64,000 nt of DNA from an uncultured candidate division Zixibacteria bacterium (GTDB taxonomy: Bacteria > Zixibacteria > MSB-5A5 > GN15 > FEB-12): assembly GCA_963735035.1 (NCBI GenBank), contig CAVTJJ010000004.1, positions 1,472,001-1,536,000 of the forward strand, in the 5' to 3' direction. Below are positions 38,977 to 48,347 of the stretch, one piece after another. The position numbers were made by a program, and so were the translations under genes. Position 1 is the first letter of the stretch. Each line of letters starts with the position of its first letter. The notes under the pieces were generated by a model. The model was given only the letters and a program-made list of their open reading frames with translations, made no database searches and had not been told where the DNA came from.

Positions 38977-40279
38977 CTATTTCAGCAAGAGCATCTTCTT
39001 GGTGTCCTGGAAACCGGGGGCAGTAACCCGGTAGAAGTACACTCCGGTCGCAAGAGGGGCACCGGAATCGTCGTGGCTGTCAAATATCATGCGATGAACG
39101 CCCGCCTGAAGGTCTCGATTGACCAACATCCGAACGCGACGCCCTAACACGTTGAACACCTCAACTTCGACTCGCCCGGATCGGGGGAGACTCAATTCTA
39201 TTGTCGTAGTGGGGTTGAACGGGTTGGGATAGTTCTGTGCGAGATAGTAGTCGGACGGCAAGTTCAGTTCGCCCGGATTATCTACCACGTCAGTAATGGC
39301 TTTGACCGACACGCCGCCGGGACGGAAAATGGGCGTGATTACTTCGCTGCCGTCGGCAACTGTCAGGGTGAGGCGAGTCTGATATGAGATACCGATTGTA
39401 GTCGAATCTATTGTGATTATGCCGTTAGGGGCGGTCGGCGCGATCATAAAGTGCAGCGTGGCTATCGATCCCGTACCGGGGTCCAAGGGCAGGCCGTCAG
39501 CAAATTCGATCTTCGCGTACACTTGATGCACATCCGTCTGGGGTTGAATTGTCTTGCTGGGGGCTGTAAGGCAGCGAGTGCCCGTGAAAGTTACGGAATC
39601 TAGAGTCAAATCGGTGGAGCCATAGTCCAAAGCCAGCTCAATGGCCGCGACATTGCGTTCATTGTAGCCGAAAACGTCGACCGCTACCGGTGTGCCCGGC
39701 GCGGCTTCCACGTTGGCGATCCAGACCGAATCGAACGTGGTGGGAGTTTCCAGAATGCTCAACTGCCCGGGAATGAATTGTGGTTTGAAAGGCTGACTGC
39801 CTATGTAAGTACCAAAGTTATTAGAATGCTGTCTCAGGTCCACCATCCACGTGGTGCTGTCAATGCTTATTTGTTGGGGTGAGATGGTCTGAGAATAGGA
39901 GAGGTAGAGATGCCCCAGCAGGCCGCTGCCGACCGGGATCGGTGTGGTGCGCACAAAAGCGGTGATGGAGGCAATATTCGAATCGGCGTTGATCAAGACA
40001 TAACGGGTGTAGGCCGCCTGATCTAGGCGTCCGCCTGCAAACGAAAACGAGTCAATCTTGACCTGACTGGAATACTGGCGGAGTGTAATCTCCACGTAGC
40101 TGAGGTCCTCATCATTGACGAACCTGACTGGTACTACCCCGATGCCTGAGACAAAGGAAGTGACGGAATCGACCCTGACCGTATCCGGAGCACCCGGGTC
40201 GGGAGCCGCCAACAAGGGGGAGATTCCCCCAACAAAGAGCTAACGCTGTCAGAAAGAATAACTGTCTTGTTTTTCGCAT
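38977..40279 (-). CDS. Secreted protein with two cohesin-like domains and C-terminal T9SS/FlgD-Ig-like domain (one extra base in the signal-peptide region)
   Basis: LAQNYPNPFNPTT...GVYFYR...KKMLLLK C-terminus; removing one base at about 40216-40240 gives signal peptide MRKTRQLFFLTALALVGGISPLLA-APD. Confidence 0.75.
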
Positions 40280-40544
40280 ATTATGAGGTTCCAAAATCAT
40301 GGACCCTATCAAGCAAAAAGCATGCGCCTAGTCTCTTTAACCAAATAATCACTTTCCGGTTTCAACTTACTTCTGGGCCGTTGCTTGTATCTGATTGTGA
40401 GGCTGAAGGTTTTGCGCTTGGCTCGACAACAGGAAAAGTGCCCCGGCAGGATTCGGAAATTCTCTTTCAGGCGACCGTGCGCAACAGACTTCGCAATCGA
40501 GGCGAATCGGTGGCGGTAGCTCGCTGTGCATCTTATGAGCAGAC

Positions 40545-40571
40545 TCAGGATTTGGTGCCTGTCGCCGATAA
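40545..40571 (+). promoter_or_regulatory. Putative sigma28 promoter
   Basis: TCAG-N15-GCCGATAA (exact -10 box). Confidence 0.55.
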
Positions 40572-40578
40572 TTCAGGT

Positions 40579-40848
40579 ATGAAGGCATCGCTCGTAATGA
40601 AGAACAACGTTCGTTGTGCATATCTGAAGGCCTGCTATCTGGGAGAGGCCCAGGAGTGCTTCGGCTTCAAGGTTGATTGTCCGCTCTACATGAAATCCAA
40701 CGGTGAGCCGTGCAACGAAGCACGATTTCACGCCGCTATGGACCGTCTGATCGTGCGCACCAAGACCCGCCACGATATGATAAATAACAACCAGACGGGC
40801 CAAATGCAGCCGGATCCAAAGTCCACCAAGACACCGGCTTCATCTTAG
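40579..40848 (+). CDS. Small Cys-rich hypothetical protein
   Basis: 89 aa from ATG 40579 (alternative ATG 40597); C-x5-C-x7-C-x6-C-x10-C; preceded by a sigma28-like promoter. Confidence 0.55.
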   Translation: MKASLVMKNNVRCAYLKACYLGEAQECFGFKVDCPLYMKSNGEPCNEARFHAAMDRLIVRTKTRHDMINNNQTGQMQPDPKSTKTPASS

Positions 40849-40971
40849 AAAATATTTCCTCTGCCGGCAGAAGTTACTTCCGGAAAAGTCGACTCCAAGA
40901 AGTCCGCTCGACCCGACGAATTTCGTCAAATGTGTTGTCGTACAACGCGTTGACAATCTGTCGCCGGGTTC

Positions 40972-40986
40972 TGGCATGCTCCCTGC
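40972..40986 (+). promoter_or_regulatory. Sigma54 promoter of the flgF operon
   Basis: TGGCAT-N5-CTGC (GG-N10-GC). Confidence 0.75.
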
Positions 40987-41008
40987 ATTACTCTGGACGG
41001 AGAAGACT

Positions 41009-41741
41009 ATGATTAAAGGTATTTACAAGTCCGCATCCGGCATGCTGCCGCACATCGACAAGCAGGACGCCATCGCGAATAACATCGCCAACGTCGGCAC
41101 CACCGGATTCAAGAAGAACGTCGTTTTCATCAAGGAACTGGCCCGCGCTGAAGATAAGCTCAAGCCGAAGAAGTCGGATTGGGAGAATACCGTCTCCGAC
41201 TACGTGAGAGTCGACCAGACTTCCGGCACTTTCGACAAGACTTCCAACCCGCTCGATCTGGCGATTGAAGGCGACGGCTTCTTTGCGCTTGCAGTCGACC
41301 GACGGAGCGACCGTCCTGACCCGCTCCGGTTCGTTCGTGATCGACAACGAAGGCTTTCTGGCTTTCGACGGCGGTTTCCGGGTGATGGGTGAGGGCGGGC
41401 CGATTCAAGTCGGTTCCGGCTCTATGGCAGTCGCGCAGAACGGCGAAGTCCAGGTTGATGGCACTTCAGCCGGTCGAATAGTAGCCCGCACAGTGCCCGA
41501 CGCTACCAAGCTTCAAAGACTCGGCGGATCGCTTTTCGCGGTTCCCCCCGGACAGACACTAACCGCCTCTCCGTACGCCACGATTCAACAGGGATATCTG
41601 GAGACATCGAACGTCGACGTGGTCACCGAGATGGTCGATATGATTGTCGCTTACCGCACCTATGAGGCCAACGCTCGCGCCCTGCAGACTCAGGACAGTA
41701 CGCTGGACAACCTCATGAAGAACGTGGCGACCAAAGGATAG
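41009..41741 (+). CDS. flgF: Flagellar rod protein FlgF (one extra base near 41288-41291)
   Basis: NNIANVGTTGFK, LDLAIEGDGFFAL joins QSTDG..LTRSGSF...QGYLETSNV. Confidence 0.9.
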
Positions 41742-41773
41742 CAAAGAAGAACTACTGAAATAGGAGTGCCAGG

Positions 41774-42562
41774 ATGATTAAGGCGATGAGAACCGCGGCA
41801 AGCGGCATGAGTGGTCAGCAGATGAATGTTGACAACATCGCTAACAACCTTGCCAACGTCAACACCACCGGCTTCAAGAAGAGCAAGCTGGAATTCCAGG
41901 ATGTGCTTTACCAAAACTACCGGGCGGCCGGCGTGGCGTCCGCGCTCGGCACCCAGGTGCCGGTCGGCCTTTCTATAGGCTACGGTACCAGGCCGGCGGC
42001 GACGGTACGCGAATTCTCCACCGGTGACCTCACGGTCACAAGCAACCCGTTGGATATTGCCATCGAAGGGGATGGCTTCTTCCAGGTCAGACTGCCCGAC
42101 GGCGGCACCGGGTACACCCGCGACGGCGCGCTGAAACTTTCGGCTGAAGGCCAGTTGGTGACGTCGGATGGGTATTTCGTTCTCCCCGAAGTTACGATTC
42201 CGCAAAACGCGACCGGGATTTCGGTGGGACAGGACGGCACCGTCCAGGTCCAGCAGTTCGGCCAGACTGAACCGATTCAGATCGGTCAGTTCGAACTGGC
42301 CCGGTTCGTCAACCCGGCCGGGTTGTCGGCAATTGGACGAAATATCCTCATCCAGACGAGCGCCTCTGGAGATCCTATCACCGATGTCGCAGGACAGAAC
42401 GGCTTGGGACGAATCAACCAGGGCTATCTGGAAATGTCCAACGTCCAGGTCGTCGACGAAATGGTCAATATGATAGTGGCCCAGCGCGCTTACGAGATGA
42501 ACTCGAAGGCGATCCAGACGGCCGACGATATGTCACAAATAGCCAACAACCTGAAGAGATAA
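41774..42562 (+). CDS. flgG: Flagellar distal rod protein FlgG
   Basis: ANNLANVNTTGFK, FQDVLYQ, YTRDG, QRAYEMNSK. Confidence 0.97.
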   Translation: MIKAMRTAASGMSGQQMNVDNIANNLANVNTTGFKKSKLEFQDVLYQNYRAAGVASALGTQVPVGLSIGYGTRPAATVREFSTGDLTVTSNPLDIAIEGDGFFQVRLPDGGTGYTRDGALKLSAEGQLVTSDGYFVLPEVTIPQNATGISVGQDGTVQVQQFGQTEPIQIGQFELARFVNPAGLSAIGRNILIQTSASGDPITDVAGQNGLGRINQGYLEMSNVQVVDEMVNMIVAQRAYEMNSKAIQTADDMSQIANNLKR

Positions 42563-42565
42563 GCT

Positions 42566-43258
42566 ATGAAATCACGCCATGGATGGCTGACAGTAGTTCT
42601 CGGTCTGGTGATTGTCTTCAGTAAGCCGGCTTCGGCGGTTGAAACCAATCGAGCCGTGATCGACCTCGTTCGCGAAAAATATCATCTCGATTCGAGCACT
42701 TACGAAATCGACATAGTCGCGAATCAGCTCAAGACGCGGGTTGTCAATGCGGTCGATCTGTCCTTTAGGTCGCTGACACAAACCGAACCGTCAGGTCCTT
42801 TCACAGTGCTGGCGGAAATCACGCACGACGGAGTTCTGGTCGAACGGGGCCAGGTCCGTTTGAAGATCAGCAAGTTCGCCGACGTTTTGGTCGCATCCGA
42901 CCAGATCGGACGACACGAATTACTTTCCGAACAAAAATTCGAATTGAAACGAACCGATGTAACCTCCTTGCGAGAGCAGCCGGTCATATCCAACGCAGAT
43001 ATCAGAGGGATGAGGGCAAAGCGCAATCTGCGGGTGGGGAATGTTCTCACCATGGGGGCGATTGAACCTGTCCCTGACATTGATGTTGGGGGGGAGGTTA
43101 CCATCGTTTTCACCGATGTCTGGGGTTCCATCACTGCGCCGGGCGAGGTGCTGGAGTCAGGCGTAATTGGAAACCGAGTACGAGTCAAGAACCTCGCCTC
43201 GGGCAAGACCATTCTCGCCACCGTGACATCCGGGAAACTAGTCGAAGTGAATCCATGA
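42566..43258 (+). CDS. flgA: P-ring assembly chaperone FlgA
   Basis: Signal peptide, SAF-like region, GEVLESG...RVKNLASGK; lies between flgG and flgH. Confidence 0.88.
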   Translation: MKSRHGWLTVVLGLVIVFSKPASAVETNRAVIDLVREKYHLDSSTYEIDIVANQLKTRVVNAVDLSFRSLTQTEPSGPFTVLAEITHDGVLVERGQVRLKISKFADVLVASDQIGRHELLSEQKFELKRTDVTSLREQPVISNADIRGMRAKRNLRVGNVLTMGAIEPVPDIDVGGEVTIVFTDVWGSITAPGEVLESGVIGNRVRVKNLASGKTILATVTSGKLVEVNP

Positions 43259-43283
43259 GCGAATAGGAATCGAGGAAACTAAC

Positions 43284-43871
43284 ATGAACTTTAAGAGATT
43301 GCTCATACTGCTGGCGGCGCTGCTACTGCTGCCGTTCTCATTGAAGGTACGCGGGCAGGATTTCGGCAAGAGCCAGTCGCTCTTTTCCGACATTAAGGCC
43401 CATCGCGTTGGTGATGTGCTCACCGTGCTCATTTCGGAGCAGAACCGCGCCTCCAATCAGGTCCAGACCAAGACCGAAAAGGCCACCAAAACCAGTACTT
43501 CGGGCGGCCCGGGGTTGGGCTCGCTGGATTTCATCCCCGTGTTCGGTGCGTCTGCTGACAACAGCAACACGTTCGATGGCAAGGGTGAAAACTTGCGCAG
43601 CGGGACGATCCGTGCGCGTATCACCGTCACGGTCGTAGGCGTCAAGGAAAACGGCGACCTTCTGATCGAAGGGCACCGCATTATCGGCATCAACGGCGAC
43701 CAGGAATCAATATACGTTTCCGGCACTGTGCGTAGCAAAGACATCACTCCGGAAAACACGATCGAGTCTCATCTGATCGGGGATGCCGAGATTTCCTACA
43801 ACGGCAAGGGCAACGCCACTACTGGCTCGCGCCCCGGTTTCTTCACACGCTTAATCAATTGGATCTTCTAG
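43284..43871 (+). CDS. flgH: Flagellar L-ring protein FlgH
   Basis: SLFSDIKAHRVGDVLTV, NGDLLIEG, SGTVRSKDI. Confidence 0.93.
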   Translation: MNFKRLLILLAALLLLPFSLKVRGQDFGKSQSLFSDIKAHRVGDVLTVLISEQNRASNQVQTKTEKATKTSTSGGPGLGSLDFIPVFGASADNSNTFDGKGENLRSGTIRARITVTVVGVKENGDLLIEGHRIIGINGDQESIYVSGTVRSKDITPENTIESHLIGDAEISYNGKGNATTGSRPGFFTRLINWIF

Positions 43872-43880
43872 GAGACAGAT

Positions 43881-45017
43881 ATGCTGGGTACCGTATACGC
43901 CGTTCTATGTCGTCCCACCGGGCTGGCCATCGTGCTGACCCTGTTGCTCTGGATGAATGATATCGCTCACGCCGAGAAAGTCCGCATCAAGGATATCTGC
44001 GGCTTCCAGGACCAGCAGGAAGTCGAACTGCTCGGTTATGGGTTGGTGATCGGGCTGGACGGTTCCGGCGATGGCAACGGCACACAATTCACGACTCGTG
44101 CCCTCGCCAATATGATGGAACGGATGGGGCTGACTATCGAAGTCGACAAGCTGAAGGTCAAGAACATCGCCGCTGTGCTGGTTACGGCAAAGATCGCGGG
44201 CGGCCGGACCTCGGGTTCGTTTTTCGATGTCACGGTATCGTCGGTCGGCGACGCCAGCTCGCTTCAGGGCGGGACGCTCCTGCTCACTCCGTTGTCTGAT
44301 CCCGACGGCGTCGTGCGCGCTACCGCGCAAGGGTCGGTGTCGATTGGCGGCTTCAATGTGCAGGTCGACGAGGGGAATAAGATCTTCAACAACTATACCC
44401 TCGTAGGGCGAATCCCCGGTGGCGGCAAGGTGACCAATCCGGTGGCGTCTACCGATGGCGCCGTAAGAGAATTCTACCTGTCACTCACCAATCCTGATTA
44501 CACGACTTCGAACCGGGTGGCTGAGAGGATCAATATCAAGTACGGCACCGTGGCCTATGCGGTCGACGCCGCCTCGGTGAAAGTAGTCATTCCCGACAGT
44601 GTTATGTATCCGACGCTTAGATCACAATTCATGTCCGATGTCGGCCAACTTATGGTCGTACCCGACAATGTGGCGCGGGTGGTGATCAACGAAAAGACCG
44701 GAACAATAGTGGCCGGTCAGCACGTTACTATTGAGCCGGTCGCGGTGGCGCACGGGACGATCACGGTGAATATCCAGTCACGCCCGGTGATCTCACAGCC
44801 GGAACCGTTTTCCGGCGGCGAAACGGTAGTCACTCAGGAACCCAGCATCGCTGTCGATCAGCAAACCGCCAGAGTTGTAAATCTGGAGGAATCAGTGACT
44901 CTCTCCGATGTGGCCGGGGCGCTTAATAAGATAGGCGCTACCCCACGCGACATAATTGCAATCTTCCAGGCTCTCAAGCAGGCCGGTGCCCTGAGAGCGG
45001 AGCTCGTGATACTCTGA
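43881..45017 (+). CDS. flgI: Flagellar P-ring protein FlgI
   Basis: RIKDI, GYGLVIGLDGSGD, SLQGGTL, INEKTGTIV, LKQAGAL. Confidence 0.97.
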   Translation: MLGTVYAVLCRPTGLAIVLTLLLWMNDIAHAEKVRIKDICGFQDQQEVELLGYGLVIGLDGSGDGNGTQFTTRALANMMERMGLTIEVDKLKVKNIAAVLVTAKIAGGRTSGSFFDVTVSSVGDASSLQGGTLLLTPLSDPDGVVRATAQGSVSIGGFNVQVDEGNKIFNNYTLVGRIPGGGKVTNPVASTDGAVREFYLSLTNPDYTTSNRVAERINIKYGTVAYAVDAASVKVVIPDSVMYPTLRSQFMSDVGQLMVVPDNVARVVINEKTGTIVAGQHVTIEPVAVAHGTITVNIQSRPVISQPEPFSGGETVVTQEPSIAVDQQTARVVNLEESVTLSDVAGALNKIGATPRDIIAIFQALKQAGALRAELVIL

Positions 45018-45970
45018 TGGTACTTCCGGTGAAATCCGCGGCTGCTGGGGTGGGGGAAGGTTCCGGACTGGAACGTCTCCGTCACGGAAAGACGCCGACC
45101 GTTGAATCGGAAAAGTTGCGTCTTCACAAAGCCACCAAGGAATTCGAATCCTACTTCATGTATCAAATGCTCAAGACTATGCGCCAGACTATTCCGGACG
45201 GCTCAAAGTCCGAATCCGGGGTGCTTTCTGACGGTCTCGGCAAGGAGACCTTCACTGACATCTTCGACATGGAGATCTCCCGCAAAGCGTCTTTCGGCGG
45301 GCACAATTCAATCTCCGAGATAATGTATCGGTCCATGGAGAAGCTGGTGGATGTCCAGTTCGAGCAGAAATCGGCCCAGACTACGATGAAGCCCTTGAAA
45401 CCAACCGTGATTTCGGTCCCGACAAAATTGAACACCGAGAAACTGATTCCTTTGACCAGGCCTTCTGAGAAGACTATCCCGCTTCAACCGGTCAACAATA
45501 CAAATAGACCGGTTGTCTCGGAGCCGATTTCCAGGCCGGAAGCCTCAAAACCGGAGGCCTACAAACCTGCGGCTGACTCGATACAGTCTCGTTTTGGGCA
45601 CTTGATTGATCGTGCAGCGCGCGAGACCAAACTCGATTCGGCCCTAATAAGTTCGGTGATCCAGGCAGAATCGAGCGGTAACCCGCACGCTGTTTCGCCG
45701 ACCGGTGCGAAGGGGCTTATGCAACTGGCCGACTCGACCGCACAGGAGCTCAAAGTGAGCGACCCATTTGACCCGGCCGAGAATATCCGCGCTGGGAGCC
45801 GGTATTTGCGCCGCATGCTGGATCGGTTCGGAGACCTGAAACTGGCCCTGGCGGCCTACAATGCGGGGCCGGGGAATGTGGCCAAGTACGACGGTGTGCC
45901 ACCGTTTGAAGAAACCCGAAACTACGTTCGCAAGATCACGGAGTCGCTGGACCCCAATTCCGGCAAATAG
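45017..45970 (+). CDS. flgJ: FlgJ-like rod-binding domain fused to an SLT lytic transglycosylase
   Basis: KEFESYFMYQMLKTMR rod-binding motif; AESSG, GAKGLMQL, AAYNAG and PPFEETRNYV SLT motifs. Confidence 0.85.
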   Translation: MVLPVKSAAAGVGEGSGLERLRHGKTPTVESEKLRLHKATKEFESYFMYQMLKTMRQTIPDGSKSESGVLSDGLGKETFTDIFDMEISRKASFGGHNSISEIMYRSMEKLVDVQFEQKSAQTTMKPLKPTVISVPTKLNTEKLIPLTRPSEKTIPLQPVNNTNRPVVSEPISRPEASKPEAYKPAADSIQSRFGHLIDRAARETKLDSALISSVIQAESSGNPHAVSPTGAKGLMQLADSTAQELKVSDPFDPAENIRAGSRYLRRMLDRFGDLKLALAAYNAGPGNVAKYDGVPPFEETRNYVRKITESLDPNSGK

Positions 45971-46024
45971 TTGGCGGATAACACTAAAGACCGTCACACC
46001 CTAAGACGACAATGAGAGTACAGG

Positions 46025-46531
46025 ATGTTACCAGGTACATGGGACATGATCGACCAACTTATACAGATTATCAATGCTGAAGCGCTGCTGTTCGAGGAGT
46101 TTCTACGGCTTCTCGAAGAGCAAAAACTGGCCCTCGTCGCCAACGATACCGAGCGACTGGTTCAGGTAACACAGTTGCAGCAGCAGAAGCTTGTCGAGAG
46201 CGCCGCGCTCAATCGCAAGCGCAACGGTCTTATCGGCGCCCTTCAGGAAGCGAATAAGATCGAGGGCGATGTGACCATCACTCGTCTGCTCGGCTATGCG
46301 GACGAAGACCAGTCCCAGCGTCTCAGTCAACTGCGCGACGCCATCCTGGCCCTCAACGAGCGGATTACGTCCGCACGCAACACCAATGCGATGCTCTTAA
46401 ACCGATCGCGGGAGTTTATCGCTCGCACGATGAACATGCTCTCGCGGATGCATACCCCCGACCAGACATACGGACGTGTCGGAGACGCGCCACGCGGCAA
46501 TAACGCTGTCGCGGTGGACAGGAGGATCTAA
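46025..46531 (+). CDS. flgN: Flagellar chaperone FlgN
   Basis: Coiled-coil protein directly upstream of flgK; NAMLLNRS pattern. Confidence 0.8.
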   Translation: MLPGTWDMIDQLIQIINAEALLFEEFLRLLEEQKLALVANDTERLVQVTQLQQQKLVESAALNRKRNGLIGALQEANKIEGDVTITRLLGYADEDQSQRLSQLRDAILALNERITSARNTNAMLLNRSREFIARTMNMLSRMHTPDQTYGRVGDAPRGNNAVAVDRRI

Positions 46532-47931
46532 TGCCGGGACTTTTCCAGGGATTGGAAATCGGTAAACGGGCCCTGATGGGGCACCAGGTAAGTCTTCAAA
46601 CCGTCGGTCACAACATCGCGAACGTCGATACCCCTGGCTATTCACGTCAGGTGGTCAGAATATCATCTTCCGCGCCGGAGATTACGGTCAATGGAGCGGT
46701 CGGAACCGGAGTCAGCGTAGACGACATTTACCAGGTTCGCGACTTGTTCCTTGGCCAGCAATTTCGCCAGGCCCAGAAGGACCTGGGTCAGTGGATGTAC
46801 AAAGACAAATCGCTCAAGCAGATTGAATCGATATTCTCGGAACCCGCGGACAACTCGCTCAACGCCACCCTGGATCAATTTTGGAACGACTGGTCGGCGC
46901 TGTCGAACGATTCGGAAAACAGTGGTTATCGCAGCAGCGTGCTGGCGTCCGCCACGCAGTTCATCAATTCGCTTAAACAGCTGGCCACGGGTCTGGAAGA
47001 CCAGCAGCGCTCAACCGATCGCGATTTGAGCGCGATGACATCCGACGTGAATCAGAAGACTACTGAAATCGCCAGTCTGAACCAGGATATCAAACGCATA
47101 GAGCTGGGCGGCTCAACCGCCAACGATCTCCGCGATATGCGGGATCGGATCATAGACGAGCTGTCGACGCTGGTTGATGTCAATGTAAATCAGAAGAGCG
47201 ACGGCACCGCCACGGTGTACATGGGCAGCATGCTTCTGGTGGACGGCAATTCTTCTTTTGATATCGGTGTCTCCGCCGAACGGGACGGGGAGAAGATCAC
47301 CCACCGGCTGGTCTGGCAGGGCTCCGAACATCAGCTTACCAACAAGAACGGTCAGATTTTCGGCCTGGTCCAGACCCGTGACGAGATCATTCCGCGTTAC
47401 CTGAGCGAGCTCAACACGCTGGCCCGGACGGTTGTCGAGCAGGTCAACGCCATTCACTCGGCCGGGTACGGTCTCGACGGAACCACCGGGGTGAACTTCT
47501 TCGATGCGGATTACACCGACGCTGCCGATCTCCGCATCAATAACGCAATTCTGTTGGATCACAATCGGATCGCAGCCTCAACCTCGTCCAATCCGGACGA
47601 CCGCGCCAACGGTGAAGCAGCGGCGCTGTTGTCGGCGCTCCGCGATGGTATGGTCATGTCCTCCAATACGTCCACCATCAACCAGTATTATCAGAGCCTG
47701 GTGGGCGGCCTGGGTGTGGAAGCCAAAGAGTCTTCGGCTTTCAGCGGCAACTTTGCCTTGATTTCGAATCAGGTGGATAACCAGCGTCAATCGGTGCAGG
47801 GCGTCTCGCTCGACGAGGAGATGGCCAACCTGGTCAAGAGTCAGCATGCTTTCGATGCGGCTTCGCGGGTAATCACCGTCATGGATGAGGCGCTGGATAC
47901 AGTTATAAGCAAGATGGGAATTATTGGCTAA
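46531..47931 (+). CDS. flgK: Hook-associated protein FlgK
   Basis: GHNIANVDTPGYSRQ, NDLRDMRD, GVSLDEEMANL. Confidence 0.96.
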   Translation: MPGLFQGLEIGKRALMGHQVSLQTVGHNIANVDTPGYSRQVVRISSSAPEITVNGAVGTGVSVDDIYQVRDLFLGQQFRQAQKDLGQWMYKDKSLKQIESIFSEPADNSLNATLDQFWNDWSALSNDSENSGYRSSVLASATQFINSLKQLATGLEDQQRSTDRDLSAMTSDVNQKTTEIASLNQDIKRIELGGSTANDLRDMRDRIIDELSTLVDVNVNQKSDGTATVYMGSMLLVDGNSSFDIGVSAERDGEKITHRLVWQGSEHQLTNKNGQIFGLVQTRDEIIPRYLSELNTLARTVVEQVNAIHSAGYGLDGTTGVNFFDADYTDAADLRINNAILLDHNRIAASTSSNPDDRANGEAAALLSALRDGMVMSSNTSTINQYYQSLVGGLGVEAKESSAFSGNFALISNQVDNQRQSVQGVSLDEEMANLVKSQHAFDAASRVITVMDEALDTVISKMGIIG

Positions 47932-47961
47932 TAATGTGACGCTCCACGAATAGGAGCGCCC

Positions 47962-47979
47962 GACACCACGGAGGGTGTT
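47962..47979 (+). promoter_or_regulatory. Putative CsrA-binding hairpin over the csrA RBS
   Basis: GACACC-ACGGAG-GGTGTT stem-loop immediately before the TTG start. Confidence 0.6.
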
Positions 47980-48297
47980 TTGTTAATTCTAACAAGGAAG
48001 TTAGGCGAATCGATCACGATCGGCGACAGCATTCGGGTGTCGGTATTGGGCATCCGTGGCCGTCAAGTTCGCCTAGGCATCGACGCTCCCAGCGATGTGG
48101 TCGTGCACCGCGAGGAGATTTACGTCAAGATCCAACAAGAGAACCGCAAAGCGGTCGGAAACGTCAAGTCGGATCTTATGGGTATGGTCAAGATGATCAA
48201 AGGCAAGATCGCCGGTGACGCGGACAAGAAGAAGGGTTCGGTGGTTGACTTCAAGGATCAGCACCCCGACCCGACCGACCTGCCCCGAGGTGGATGA
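47980..48297 (+). CDS. csrA: Carbon storage regulator CsrA with C-terminal extension
   Basis: [15 protein letters not shown]...[16 protein letters not shown]. Confidence 0.96.
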   Translation: MLILTRKLGESITIGDSIRVSVLGIRGRQVRLGIDAPSDVVVHREEIYVKIQQENRKAVGNVKSDLMGMVKMIKGKIAGDADKKKGSVVDFKDQHPDPTDLPRGG

Positions 48298-48347
48298 CCG
48301 AGCGGAACCGTGTAACCGTCGAGTGAAAGAACCGAGGATAGGAAGCC

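Noticed and set aside
45985..46012. Sigma28 promoter before flgN (TAAA-N16-GACGACAA)
   Set aside because: Two mismatches in the -10 box plus a non-canonical spacer; plausible but too weak to list as a feature.
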